Made by a program: the position numbers and the translations under genes. The notes beneath the pieces were generated by a model. It saw only the letters and a list, made by a program, of their open reading frames with translations, did not search any database and was not told where the DNA came from. This document shows positions 32,110-49,900 of a DNA stretch of 64,000 nucleotides, in pieces; position 1 is the first letter of the stretch, and the number at the start of each line of letters is the position of its first letter. Source of the stretch: the human T2T-CHM13v2.0 reference genome, Homo sapiens; NCBI RefSeq assembly GCF_009914755.1, contig NC_060948.1. One strand, written 5' to 3'.

Positions 32110-34625
32110 ATCTATTTTGCACCCAGAAGTAGAATTGTTAGATCATAGATTATTCATATGTTGAGCTTTAAAATATATTGCCAAATGACTTTCCAAAATG
32201 TATATAAACAATTTATACTCCTACCAGCATAAAAGACAATTAGAGAAAATCTATACCTTTGCCAACATTTATCATTATTTTTATTTCTAGCCATTCTTTG
32301 TTGTTTGTGGTTATATGTCACTGTGGCTTTTATACACATTTTCATGATCACTAATGGAGTTGAGCACTTTTTGATAGGTTTATTGGTCATTTGAATAACC
32401 ACTTTTAAAAGTCTCTATTTAAATGGTTTTTGTCCCTTTTTCTATCGGATTTTCCTCTGGCATTTTAAAGATTTTTATTAGTTCTGGAAATAAATTTTAT
32501 ATTGAATATATTTAATTATAATATAAACTACTACTCTATACATTTTATATTTTAAGGGCATGTAAAAGGGAGAGAAACTCTTGATTTTAATGTATTACAT
32601 CAATTGTTCCATTTTGGTTAACAGTTTATGTACTGTTTAAGTAATCTTTGCTGTCTCAAATGTATGAAGAAATACTTCTATATTTTTGTTTTAGAATACT
32701 TTTTATTTTAAATTTAGTTATATGATCTAGTTGGAATTTTTCTGTATGGTGAAATGTAGGAAAACATTTTGGTTTTATCTATATGAATATTTTTATAGTT
32801 TATCTTAATTCAAAGACATTGCTATATTATTTACATTTCAATTTGTCACACAAATATTTCTAATTTCTTATGTTCATATTCATGTTGTCTACAAATAATG
32901 AGCTTTATTTTTTCATAGTACACTGGATAAGATATCCAGTATAGGTTTGAATTGAGAGAATAATGGGCATTTTTATGTCATTTTTAATCATGAGAGGGGA
33001 AATAGGGAAATGTCGTATTTTACTAATTAAATTTTATATTTGCTGTAGATTTTAAATATATACCATTTGTCAGATAAAAGAAATTCCTTATATTCCTTGC
33101 TTACCATAGTTTTTTTTTTACATTGATGATGGTGAAATTTTCTCAAATCCTTATTCTGCATTTCATCTATGAAGATGACTTACTACTTTATTATCTTAAT
33201 GTGATAAAAGAAGGTAATTGTTGTTAAAATGTGGTCTGCCCTGCATGAGAAAATAATACCAACTTGTTAATGATGTATTGTACCTTTAAAAAATCACTGG
33301 ATTCTATTTGTTATTTTTTAGAATTATTGAATTTATGTTTATGAACGTGATTACCCCTAAGTTTCCTTTCCTGTTATTTGTTATTCACAAAATTACAGTG
33401 ACCCCATTACTCTCTATATCCAACCTCTCTCTCTTTCCTTCTCCCCTTTTTTGTTTCTCCAAGAAAGTTGTGTACAATTAGTGTCACATTTTATTAAAAG
33501 TTTGGAAAAATTCAGAAGTGAATACATCTGGCACTAAAGATATTTTGTGGGGAAACATTTATTTGCCAATTTACTGACTTTAATAGATACAGTGCTATTT
33601 ATATATTTTTATTTTATCTTGTGTCAATTCTGATAATTTGTGTTTTTCTAGGAATTATTCAATTTTATGCAAAATTTTATTTGTACTTTAAAATTTTTCA
33701 TTATGCTATTTAAAAAGCTTTATAAAATTTGTAAAACATCTTGTGATAGCACCTTTTTATCCCTGGTATTTCAAATTTGTGTCTTTAATTATTTATGTAT
33801 TTTAATTTTGCTCAATTTGGTTAAATGTCTATCAAATGTTAATCTTTCAAAAAATCCACTTTTGGCTTTGTTAATAAACTAACTTCTATTGTTTATTTTG
33901 TATTTAATAAATACTCTTTTTATTTTCTAACTTCTACATTTTTGGTATACAATAAGATGTCCTTTTACTCACTTCTTGATATAAATATTTGGTTATTGAT
34001 TTTTGACTTACCATCTTTTCTTATTTATAAATTTTTGAATATATATTTTCTTCTCTGCACAGACTTGCTGCATTCCACAAGTTTTGTTATGCTGTATGAT
34101 CATTAGTTTACAAATCAAAATGTTTTAATTTTCATTATGATTTCTAATTTGATAAATTGCTTTGATGTATTTTGCTAAATTTCTAAATAGTTGAACTTTT
34201 TTTATTGCATTATTAATTTTTAGGCTTAATTCCACTGTAGCCATAAAATATACCTTGAATGATTTCAATGCTTTAAAATTTCTTTAGATATTTTTAATAG
34301 CCTTACATGTGGTCAGTTTGGGTAGAAGTATAACGTACATTTGAAAATATCAGTTATTAAACAGTTATTTACAACTATTTCAATTTGCAAATTGGGTCAC
34401 TTTTGTAAATTCTGTTAATTGAATCATCTGGAGATGAAATGTTTTTATTATTTTCTTGTTTTATCAGTTACTGAGTGTGCTGTTTTAAAATTTCCCACCG
34501 TGATGATGGATTTATCTATTTTCATTTTGATTCTATAAAATATGGCTGTATATTTGGAAACTCTGTTATTTGGGAGATACATGTTAAAACTGTTACATTT
34601 TTTCCAGTGGATTGACCCTCTTGAT
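32110..34625 (-). mobile_element. Old L1M (L1ME-like) ORF2 and 3' fragments
   Basis: Antisense L1 motifs (ccagaagtagaattgttagatcatag; actaatggagttgagcactt; ctgcattccacaagttttg); ORF 32154-32402 resembles the ORF2 C-terminus. Confidence 0.7.
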
Positions 34626-34639
34626 TGAATGGCAAATTA

Positions 34640-35350
34640 AAAAATAATAGCAATATAAGCAAAGATGTAAAGCAACTGAAACTCTAATGTATGAACAGTG
34701 GATGTATGCATTTACATAACCACTTTGGAAAACTGTTCATCATTATCTACCAAATTAAAATGCATGCATAGCCAATGACCATTCTATTTTATTTTTATGT
34801 ATATACCCCAAAAAGATTTATGATTATACAAACTAACATATATGTTAAAGAACATTCATTGCAAAACTATGCAGCTCAAACTGTAAACATTCCAAACGTC
34901 CAACAGTAAAATTTATACATAAATTTTGGTATATTTATTTCATGGAAAAATATACAGAAAGTATAATAAATAATTACATGTAACAATATAAATGAATGAA
35001 AAGGACATAAATGAATGAAAAGAATTGTGATCAATTCTTTTGATCACAATGATCAAAAGAAGCTAGACACAAATAATACATACTTACATTTCCATTGATA
35101 TAAAGCTCAAAAGCTTTTAAAAAAGACAAAACTATGCTATAATTTTAGAAGCCAGTATACTAGCTACCTTTGTAGAAGAGGGAAGATATTTTGGTTCTGA
35201 AGAAGGCTGAAGGGCTATTTTGGATGTTGGTAGCAACCTATTTTTTTTATGTTTATTACATAGATGTGCTTTACTGTGATAATTCATTGATGTGATATTT
35301 TTATGTATTTTTCTATGTGTATGCTATACTTTAACAAATTGCTAAAAATG
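34640..35350 (+). mobile_element. L1ME-type 3' end, opposite orientation
   Basis: aaagatgtaaagcaactgaaactct...accactttggaaaactgtt...tgtatgctatactttaacaaa. Confidence 0.7.
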
Positions 35351-35901
35351 CATTTTAAGAATGCTAGTTATATTTCTAGTGCAATTTATTTACAGTGAAG
35401 AAAATGTCTGAGATATATGACATATGATCTTCCTCAGAAAAAAATGTTTTAACAACAAACACCAATTTCATTTTGTCTTCTCTTTCCCATGTGCGTGATG
35501 TATTCCCTTGCTAAACTTATTCAAGACTTTCTTGCTGCTATTGAAATAAAGACAGATATATTTAACTTGGCCTTTAAATTCTTGTATGATTTTAACCCTG
35601 TTTGTCATTTCAGCCTCATTTTATGTTATCTTCAATCTTCATCCAAAGCCCCATGTGACCTGAGATTGGACCTGTTGTTGCTCAACATTGGATAACTATA
35701 ATTTCCTGTATATGGTAGGTAGAGTGTAATATAAAGATTAACTGAATAAATAATTCAACAAACTGACACAGAAAATAACTAGAAAAAATAATAAATTATT
35801 AATTATTTCTAGTTTATTCTTGCTTTCAGAGAAAGGAAATATTGATATAATGAAGAAATTCAGTTCATAGCTTGTATAAACATTAATGTTAAGAAACCAA
35901 A

Positions 35902-36494
35902 TTTAAACGAAAAATAAAATTTTAAGCCCCCCAGCCAAGCATCTAAATGGACCACATCTTTTGGCCAAGAGCATTCCAAAATTAACGAGAAAAACTAGCT
36001 CAGACCATGATGGGAAAGAACCAAGGATACCTCATTATACCCTCCTCCCTTTTGGAATTACTAATAGAATAAACTCTTTAAGTCTGATAAGAAACATTTA
36101 CAATCTATTCTGTCTGAAACCTGCTACCTAGAGGCTTCATGTGCATGATAAATCCTTGGTCTCCACAACCTGTTTTTTGTAACCTGGACATTTCTTTCTA
36201 TTGACAATAACTCTTTCAATCAATTGTCAATCAGAAAATCTTTAAATCTACCTATGACCTGGAAGTCCCCAATTCGAGCCATCCCACCTTTCTGGACCAA
36301 ACCAATGTACATTTTACATGTATTGATTAATGCCTTATGTCTCCCTAAAATGTATAAAATCAAGTTGTACCCTGACCAATTGGTCACATAATCTCAGGAT
36401 CTCCTGAGGGCTGTGTCACAGTCCATTTGTCCCTTATATTGGACTCAGAATAAATCTCTTCAAATATTTTACAGTTTGACTATTTTTGTACACA
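35902..36494 (+). mobile_element. MER4 (B/D/E-type) solo LTR
   Basis: Homologous to the reverse complement of 16486-17071; 4-bp TSD CAAA at 35898-35901 and 36495-36498. Confidence 0.85.
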
Positions 36495-36839
36495 CAAACA
36501 AAAAATAGGCTAAATCTTAATATATCTTCTTGTCTATGCTCAGGCAGTTTATATCTAAACACCTTAAATGAATAGGTTACTGGTATTTTAAGATTTAAAA
36601 GAAAAGTACAAGATTTTTATTTCATATGACACAAATAAAATACCATTTTCACTCATCTAACATGTGGATTGACAGATTGCAGATATCATCCATTACCTGA
36701 ATATTACAGATACTAAATTTGGAAAATAAGGGCTCAACCTAGTCATTTCTCAGAAAATTTCTTCCCAATACTGGTGAGTTATGAAATCTGTTATGTTTCA
36801 ACTCTTAGGGTTATTATTTTCTAATAGTGCATCTATGTT

Positions 36840-37090
36840 CTAGAAAGGCAGTGTTATGCAATACAAAAGAAGCAATCTTTAATGTAGAAGACTGATTACG
36901 TTTAAGTGACATATCTGCCACCATAAAATCACAATCAAGTCACTTAACTTTTCTGTATACTTTTTCTGTATTTTTTCTGTAACATTGTTTGGTAGGAAAA
37001 TCAGGGGTCATTATAACTCTGCCAACTGCATAGAATTAATTTGAGGGAATCAACTGTAGTAATAAATGTGCTTTGAAAATTATATATTGG
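36840..37090 (+). mobile_element. MIR relic
   Basis: aaggcagtgttatgc...caagtcacttaacttttctgtatactttt...gtgctttgaaaattat. Confidence 0.5.
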
Positions 37091-37550
37091 TATAAATTTA
37101 AAATATAACTAAATAATAGTCTCATTATAAGTAAGAACTACATAAAACAAATAAGATTCATCTTTGTTGAGGCTTATATCCTCTATTTGCTTAATATACA
37201 TTATTTCATTTAATACATGGCAACAGTTTTAAGCATTAATTATTTAACATTACCAACTTATAGATCAAGGAGCAAATTCATGTACAGGTTAAATCATTTT
37301 TCTAGGGTTACATAGTGGTGTAGCTGGTCTTTCTTGTGCCATACTTCATGCTTCATCAATAGTATCATAGAAAATCATGTTGTCTCCCAGAAAGTATAAT
37401 ACAGCCCATTGAAAAAAATCTCACGTAATTGTAAACATTTTTAGTCATTTTATCCAATATTTTGAGCAACATCCCAAATACAAATCATTTTACTATAATG
37501 TGAATCAGGTATGCCATTTCACAATTTTAAGTATAGGAAATTGTTTATCC

Positions 37551-37999
37551 TATAAACCAAAAAGCAACTGAGACAATTTAGAAGTTTATTTCACCAAAGT
37601 CAAGGACAATGCCAAGGAGAAAAAAATAAAATAAAATAACAGAAACAGCCTATGATCTGTGTCTTTCTTCAGAGATTACTTTGAGAAATTCAATATTTAT
37701 AGGGAAAAGCGGGCTGGAGGGAATAGAGGAAGGGTTTGGTAATCCACATGTTGCAATAGAAAAGAAGCAGGTAGGGGAATAGCCAATTGTGTACTTGTCT
37801 CATGCTCGGTAAATCAAATTTGCACTTTATATAACATAATGTGAATATAGAATAGCCACCTGTGGAGATATTTAACCTTTTATCTGTAGGTATCTGTTTA
37901 GGAACAAAAGGAAAGGCCAGTTCTTACATGACTCTTCTTACAGCTTTTTTTCTCTTGTCATAGTTAATTGGGGTCTCGGTTTTTTATTTTCCTTTCACA
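37551..37999 (-). mobile_element. MER4-group solo LTR (MER65/MER4C-like)
   Basis: Minus strand starts TGTGAAAGGAAAATAAAAAACCGAGACCCCAATT; near-TSD atcc/atct. Confidence 0.75.
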
Positions 38000-38310
38000 A
38001 TCTTAAAGTCAATTGCTCTCGAACATGTGAAATAACATTTTTCTTCAAAAGTCTAATTCCTGGATAAATGTACTTCTAGGAGGGCCAAGAAGTATTGAGG
38101 TCATGCATCACTGTATTTCTTCCTATGTTACCTAAGCCAAGATTGCCCTGGTTACCTAGGGCGCCCAGTGCATGTTTAACAATGCAGGAATAGGTGGTGG
38201 TACAAAATAGAATTCCACTAACTGGCCAAAACAAATAGCCAATATTATTTTTTTTAAGGGCACACTTTCTTTTCATTTGGTAACATGTCATTAAAAAAAT
38301 ACTAGTCCCC

Positions 38311-38696
<386 letters not shown>

Positions 38697-40501
38697 TCAT
38701 ATATTTATAGATAGTATTTCACCTGAACTTATATTTTATCTAGCTGTCACCAAATTTCTCAGAGTGTATGCAATATTAATCTTTTTAGTAATAAAATTTT
38801 ATTTATAAATAATGCATTGTTAATATTAAAAAAAAAACTGTAGGATCTACAGGTACAGCTGAGCAGAGATCTAGCTTCTATATTATTACAAATAATAACA
38901 GATAGCCAGTGCTTTTAAGCAGTGTGTGGTAGAGGGAGGTATAATGCATATATGATCATTTTGGGTTCCAGTTCTTTCTTTTTCTTGAAGAATTGGTCCA
39001 CTTGTTTTGTTCTGATAATTGCTGTGGGAGTTTGGGTAACTTTAGGCACATGGAATGTTTGAGATGTGAAAGCCAAGGGGAATTAAAGGATGATTGTTAG
39101 TTAATGGCAATGCAAATGATGCATGACTCATCCAGTTAAAGCTCAGTTGAACTCATCTCTCTTACATTAAGCACATGTATTATTTCCTGATTTTTTAAAA
39201 TCAAAAAGCGCACATTTCACATAGAAGTTCTAGAAAAATTATTTGGAAGTGATTGGTAAATATGCATTTTAATCAGACAAACAAAGCATAGTTTCTGGGC
39301 CATCTGCCATAAATATTTTTGTATTTTAATTTTATATTGCTAACTACAAAATGTTTACTAAAACCTTACCTGTAATATTCAGTTAGTTAAAATAAAAGTA
39401 CATATTGATTTTATTTTTAAACTCTATCTTTGGAGACACAGTCCTAAGTTGATTAATTAGTTGCATGACTGACAAACTCAGAAATATTATAATAAATGCC
39501 ATTCTATAAATAAGGCTTCAAGTTGTTGTTAGGTTTTAATGATTTGTTCCAAAAGGAGCAAAAGCCCTGCTAGTCTTTTTCATTAAAAAAATATATATAT
39601 TTTGCAATGTTTGATGCATTTATTAAATGGTAAAATTATTATCTATAAAGATGGCTCCTTATATGGTTTTTAAATCCTGTACAATTGAAAAATAACCTTT
39701 GGAGTACTTAATTTCAATTTAGATATTAAATTAAAAACAACAGTTTATTATCAGTGTAATACTTTCTGAAAGTATTCAAACTGCGAAAGTTATTTTGTGT
39801 TCAGGAATTGCGCCATTCTTCTTTTAAAATACCACCTAAATCTACGGACATCAAGATAAAATGTTAAAAATCCAAAATATCTTACCGATGATAAATGTTC
39901 TCTAATATAAATAAAATTACATTTTTTCCTGAAATAATATATAGAATTTTCAAACCAAATAAAAAATTTGTTATAACTTTTCTAATAATGTTTATTTTTA
40001 ATTTCTTCAATACTAGATTTATAGTGCATATTTCTTGATGCTATTTTTCCATGTAATCTATTTCAATTTTCTATTTATTATTATTATTTTATTAATATTT
40101 AACTATTGGTATTGTTTTACAGTAATCTATGAAAAGTTTAGAATTACCATCAATATTTAAAGCATTCAAATCTCAGTACCACGAGTCACAAGCCATCTTA
40201 ACGGGGAAATTAACTACGATCATTCAGCTTTCCTAAATTACTATTGGCACTCATATAATAAATATTTAAAGTTTATGTATAAAATTTTAGTGTCTAAAGA
40301 GACCTTAGCCATCATCTCTATAGTTTTTCCTCTAGATAAGGATAGAGATTGTATACTATTCAACTTGGCTTCTTTTCACATGTATCTTTGAATGACTAAC
40401 AATACATACAAAACACTCAATAAACATTTGATAAATTAGCTAGGGCACAATGCTTAAATAATTTAGCTGGCTTTTCCAAAGTCACACAAATACTTAATGT
40501 C

Positions 40502-41064
40502 TGTATTAATTTTCTATCGCTGACATAAAAAAATAAATGTACCAGCTTAAAACAAGAGAAATATATTATCTCACAGCTTCTTTAGATCAGAAGTCTGGGT
40601 GTACTAAACTAGGACATCTGCATAGGATCTCAGGAGGCTGAAATCATGTTTGTAGTGCTGTGTTCTTCCCGGAGAATCTGGAGGAAAATATACTTTTGAG
40701 CTCATGTTGTCTGCTGGACGAATACAGTTCCTTGGGAATTATATGCCTAAAGCCCCATTTCCTTGTTGGTTATCAGATGGGATCAATCTGTGCTTCAAAA
40801 GGCTCTTACATTTCTTCTCATGCTTTCCATAGGGCTCCCTCCAGCAATGGTGACTCAGGTTCTTCACATGCTTTTAAACTTTCTGGCTTCTCTTTCTGCT
40901 GTATCTCAGACTCAAAAAAAAAAAATTCCTTGTTTTTGGATAACCAGGATAATTTCTCTACATTAATTACATCTGCAAATTATCTGTTCCATGTAGTATA
41001 AAACATTTACATATTCCAAAAATGAGGACACTAACATCATTGCAGGGGTATTCTACTTACCACA
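40502..41064 (-). mobile_element. MLT1 (MLT1E-like) solo LTR
   Basis: tgtattaattttctat...attctacttaccaca with perfect 5-bp TSD ATGTC (40497-40501, 41065-41069). Confidence 0.8.
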
Positions 41065-41496
41065 ATGTCAAAGTCTTGCATATAATTCAGTACCTTTCTT
41101 GCTGTCTTTCTACAAAAATTTGGCTGTAATTCCTTTAAAAAAAGAAATATGAACAGGACAGGACAATAATCTGTGATCAAGAAACTCATCTGTAATTTGC
41201 ACTTCAGGATTTTCTGTATTATTCTTGCAACTTCTGATTAATTCATAGTTATTTTCAAATACAAACTGCAAAAAGAAATACAAAGCACAAGGGAAATATG
41301 TATTTTTAGAATATGACTTTCTATAATACATGTTGTATTGATATAAGAAATGTGACCATTAAGGTAGAGTGATTATAAGTAGATATATTAAATAGTTGTT
41401 ATATAAGTGGGAAAATATTCTAAAATCTTGAAATTCAAGAGACTACTTGTAACAAGAGAGCATAAGTTTTACCTAATCAGAAAGAAACTTATGACT

Positions 41497-41810
<314 letters not shown>

Positions 41811-42324
41811 TTATGATACTAACACCAAATCTAGATTAGAAAGCAACTGAAGTGCAATTGTTCAGACCAAACACTGACATTATTCTGTGGTTAACTTATT
41901 TACTATGATGTTGTGGCTGCAGATATTGGAAGCCCAAAGCACTATTTGCATGTATTTAAACAAGTAGAATAGAAAAAATCATAAAGACCACAAATATGTA
42001 GAAGGGAATCTGATGATTGAAAAAACCCTAATTCCTTCTCATTAGAGGGTAATGTTTGGCTAAAGAAAAAAATTAGAAAAATTGCAGGAATATTGTCTCA
42101 ATCTAAACAATAGGTTGTTGGAGAAAAAAGATATAGTTTATATTTATAAAACATAATATAACTATAATGTAAATAAAATGGACAAATTACTAGAAACACA
42201 CAACCTACCAAAACTGAATCATGAACAAACAGAAAATTTGAACATATCTATAAGTAGAAAAGATATTGAATCATAACCAATACTCTGCCCAAAAGAAAAA
42301 CTCAGCAACATATGATTTCACTGG

Positions 42325-45065
<2,741 letters not shown>

Positions 45066-45989
45066 ACTGGCGGATTATACCAAACATTTAAAGAAGAAAT
45101 AACACCAACGTTTCTGAAACTTAAAAAAAAAAAATGAAGTGGAGAGAACACTCCTTAACTAATTCTATGAGGCCAGTTACTCTGATACCAAAACTAGACA
45201 ACAAAAGTACAAGTAAAGCAAGGTACAGCCAAATATTCCTGATTAATAGTGATGCAAACATTGTCAACAAAATAGTAGCAAAGAGAATTTGAGTATTTTA
45301 AAAGGATTATACACCATCAAAAATGTGGTTTTTATTCTGGAATGTAAGGAAAATTCACCCTATAAAAATCAATCAGGGTATTCCCAAGATGGCTGACTAG
45401 AAGCAGCTAGGGTGTGTGGCTTTCATGGAGAGAAATGGAAGGGGTGAGCAAATACGGTACCTTCAGCTGAAACATCCAGATGCTTACATTGGAACTACTC
45501 AAGGAAACAGCTCGACCCCTGAAGAATAGAGAATAGTAAGGCAGTTTGATGGCCCATCTGGGAACAATACAGTGCAAAGGGAACCTCCCCTACCCAGGGA
45601 AGTGGTGAGTGAATGTGCAACTTCAGAAAACCACACTCATCTCACAGATCTTTCCAACCATCAGGTTAAGAGATCCCCTGGTGAACCCACTTCAACAAGG
45701 CCTTCAGGCTGACACACAGAGCTACTTGGAGCCTTGGCAAAGCTGCCACTCAGGCACATATGGAGACATGGAAGCTTTGGATATTGTAGATTTCTGGGCT
45801 TCCCAGTAGAAGTAACTGTCACTCTGAAAAAGTGGGTGGTTAGAGCCCCATACATACCTCTAGGAAAGAGGCTGGAGCCAGGGTCCCAATCAGTGAAGGT
45901 CTGCAGGCCCCACTTCCACTGTGACTCACAGGATAAGACCCACTGGCTTGGTTTGATAGCCAGCCACCAGTAGCAATATTGTGCCTACC

Positions 45990-46930
45990 TTAGACAGAGT
46001 TCATGGTGGGGAGGAGTAGGCTGCCAGCTTTGCTGTTGGGGTACCTTGGACATTCCAGCCTGTGAGCTTTGGAGAGCCCAAGCCAACTGAGGCAGAAGAG
46101 GTACCCCAGCACAGCAGAGCTGCTCTACAAAAGCATGAATATATTGCTTCTTTAAGTGTGTTCTCAATCTTGTTCCTCCTCACTAAGGTGGAACCTCCCA
46201 ACCAGAGCCTTGAGCCACACCCACCAGTGTTCTCCAGCTGAAGGGATTTGGAAACTTGCTGGGACAAAACTTCCAGAAGGAGGTGCAGGTTGCCATCTTT
46301 GCTGTTTGGATGACTCAGCAGTTCTGGCTTTCCAGCCTTGGAGAGTCCAAGCCTACAGGGGGTGGAAATGGTACCTCAACACAGCACAGTGGCCCCACAA
46401 AAACATGGCCATACTGCTTTTTAAGCAGGTCCCTGACCCCATTCCTCATCACTGAGTGGAGCCCCTGAACTAGGATCTGTGGCTACCCTCACCAGTGTTC
46501 TCTGGCTGACAGAAGATTTGGGCCTCCTTGGGATGCAGCTATCAAGAGGAGAGACAGGCCACCATCTTGGCTGTTTGGATGACTTATCCATTCTAGCCTT
46601 TGGGTTTCAGAGTGTCTGAGGCTGCCAGAGGTGGACATGAACCCCCAGAAGAGCACAGCTGCTCTACAAAAACATGATCAGACAACTTTTTTAATGAGGC
46701 CCATGATCTCATTCCTCCTGCCTGGGTGAGACCTCCCAAATGGGTTCTTCAGCCGTTTCCTACAGGTGCGTTTGGGCCAGCAAGAGGTCTGTACCTCCCT
46801 GGGACAGAGCTCCCAAAAAAAGGAGAAAACTGCCATATTTGCTGTTTTCTAGCTTTCACTGGTGTTACCTCCAGGTACTGGAAAAACTGGGACCCCAAGC
46901 ATACTGCAGCAGCCTTATGGAAAGGTAGGC
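45990..46930 (+). repeat. About 270-bp tandem repeats (3.5-4 units) in the L1 5'UTR
   Basis: Motif gccatctttgctgtt recurs at 46023, 46292, 46561 and 46832. Confidence 0.85.
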
Positions 46931-49900
46931 AGAATGTTATATATTTAAAAGAAGCAGCAACCTCAAAGATTGAAGGTAGATAAGCCCTAAATATGAGAAA
47001 GAATCAGTGCAAGATTGCTGAAAACTCAGAAAGCCAGTGTTCCTTTTACTGTAAATGACTGCGTCACCTCTATAGCAAAGATTCGAAACCAGGCTGAGGC
47101 TGAGAAGGCTGAAATGACAGAAATAGAATTCAGAATATATATAGGAATGAAGTTTACTGAGCTAAAGGAGTATGTTGTAACCCAATGCAAAGAAGTTAAG
47201 AATCATGATAAAACAATACAGGAGCTGACAGAGAAAACAGCCAGTATAGAAGAGAATATAACCAACCCAATAGAGCTGAACAACACACTACAAATAGTTC
47301 ATAATGCAATCACAAGTATTAATAGAAGAATAGACCAAGTGGAGGAAAGAATCTTGTAGCTTGAAAATTGTCTTTCTGACACAAGACAGGAAGACAAGAA
47401 TAGAGAAAAAAAGAATAAAAAGGAATGAACAAAATCTTCGAGAAACATGGAATTATGTAAAGAGAACAAATCTATGATCGTTTGGTGCACCTGAAAGAGA
47501 CTAGAAGAATGGAAACAACTTGGAAAACATTTTTCATGACGTATCCATGAAAAATTCCCTAACCTAGCTAGAGAGGCCAACATTCAACTTTAGGAAATGC
47601 AGATAACCCCAGTAAGACACTCTATGAGAAGATCATCCCCAAGACAAATAGTCATCAGACTCTCCAAGTGTCAAATGAAATTAAAAAAATCTTAAAGACA
47701 GCTAGAGAGAAAGGACAGATTAACTACAAAGTAAAGGCCCATCAGACTAACAGCCGACCTCTCAGAAGAAACTTTACAAGCCAGAAGAGATTAGGGGCCA
47801 ATATTCAACATTTTTAAGAAAAGAAATTCCAGCCCAGAATTTCATATCCAGCCAAACTAATCTTCATATGCAAAGAAGAAATAAGGTCCTTCACAGAGAA
47901 GCAAATGCTGAGAAAATATGTTACTCTCAGACTTGCAATAAAGCACTAAATATGGAAAGGAAAGAATATTACCAAGAACTACAAAAAACACACTGAACTA
48001 CACAGACCAGTGACACTATAAAGCAACCATATAAAGAAGTCTGCAAAATAATCGGCTAACGTCATGATGAAATAATTAACAAAGAAACTACTAGGTAGAC
48101 TGATAAATAGGAAAAGATATAGGATTCAAATAAACACAGTCAGAAATGACAAGAGGGATATTATCACTCACCCCAGAGCAATGCAAGCAACCATTGGAGA
48201 ATATTATGAACATCTGCGTGCACACAAACTAGAAAATCTAGAATAAATGGATAAAGTAATGGAAACTTACACCCTCCAGAAATGAACCAGGGAGAATTTG
48301 AATCTCTGAACAGACCAATATGAGCTCTGAAATTGAGTCAGTAATAAATAGCCTATAAACCAAAAAGAGCCCAGAACCAGGTGAATTCACAGCTGATTTC
48401 TACCAGATGTACAAAGAAGAGTTGACACTATTCCTACAGAAGCTATTCCATGAAATTGAGTAGGAGAGACTTCTCCTCAATGAGGCCAGCATTATCCTGA
48501 TGCCAAAATCTGGCAGAGATAACAAAAAAGAAAACATCAGACGAACATGCTTGAACATAAATGCAAAAATTCTCAACAAAATATTGACACACCGAATCCA
48601 GTAGCACGTCCAGAAGCTTATCCACCATGATCAAGGAGACTTCATATCTGGGATGCAAGGTTGGTTCAACATAAGCAAATCAATATATGTGATTAATTAC
48701 ATAAACAGTACTAAAAACAAAAAAGAAAGACACAATTATCTCAGTAGATGTAGAAAAGACTTTTGATAAAATTCAACATCCATTCATGTTAAAAATCTAA
48801 ATAAAGGTATTGGAAAAACATCTCAAAATAATAAGAACCATCTATGACAAATCCACAGCCAACATTATTCTGAATGGGCAAAAGCTGGATGAATTCTTCT
48901 TAAAAACCAGCACAAGGAACGAATGCCCTCTTTCACCACTATTAGTAAACATAGCATTGGAAGTTCTAGCCAAAACAATTAGACAAGAGAAAGAAATAAA
49001 GGGCATCCAAAAAGGAAGAGAGAAAGTACAACTATCCCTGTTTGCAGATTACATGATCCTGTATCTAGAAAACCCCATATTCTCAGCTGGAAAGCTTCGT
49101 AAGCTGATAAGCAACTTCAGCAAAATCTCAGAATACAAAATCAATATGCGAAAGTTACTACCATTTCTATACTTCAACGACAGCCAAGAGCCAAATTAGA
49201 AACAAACTCCCATTCACAATTGCCAGAAAAAAATTAAAATATCTAAAAATACAGCTAGCTATGGAGGTGAAATATCTCCACAAATAGAACTACAAACCAC
49301 TGCTCAAAAAAAGTCAGAGATGACACAAACAAATGCAAAAACATTCCATGCTCATGGATGGAAAAAATCAATATTTTTTAAATGGCCATACTACTCAAAG
49401 CAATTTATAGAGTCAATGCTATTCCTATTAAATCACCATTAACATTCTTCACAGAAACAAAGAAAACTATTTTAAAATTCATATAAAACCAAAAAGAGCC
49501 TCAATGGCCAAGGCAACTGTAAGTAAAAAGAAAAAAAGAAAAAAACAAGCTGGAGGCATCACTGTACCTGACTTGAAACTACTATATAGGGCTACAGTAA
49601 CCCAAACAAATGGGACTGGTACAAAAACAGACAGATAGACCAATGGAACAGATTAGAGTACCTAGAAATAAGAAGAACATGAACCTACAACTAACTCATC
49701 ATTGACAAACCAGACAAAAACAAGCAATGGGAAGAGCATTCCCTATGCAATAAATGGTGCTGGTATAACAGGCCAGACATATGCAGGAGATTGAAACTGA
49801 AACCCTTCTTTACACCATACAAAAAAATTACGTCAAGATGAATTAAAGACTTAAATGTAAAACCCAAAATTATAAAAACCCTGGAAGTCAACCTAGGCAA

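Noticed and set aside
45990-46930. Regularly spaced repeats as a CRISPR-like array
   Set aside because: Whole units are homologous with no unique spacers; eukaryotic L1 5'UTR; no cas genes.
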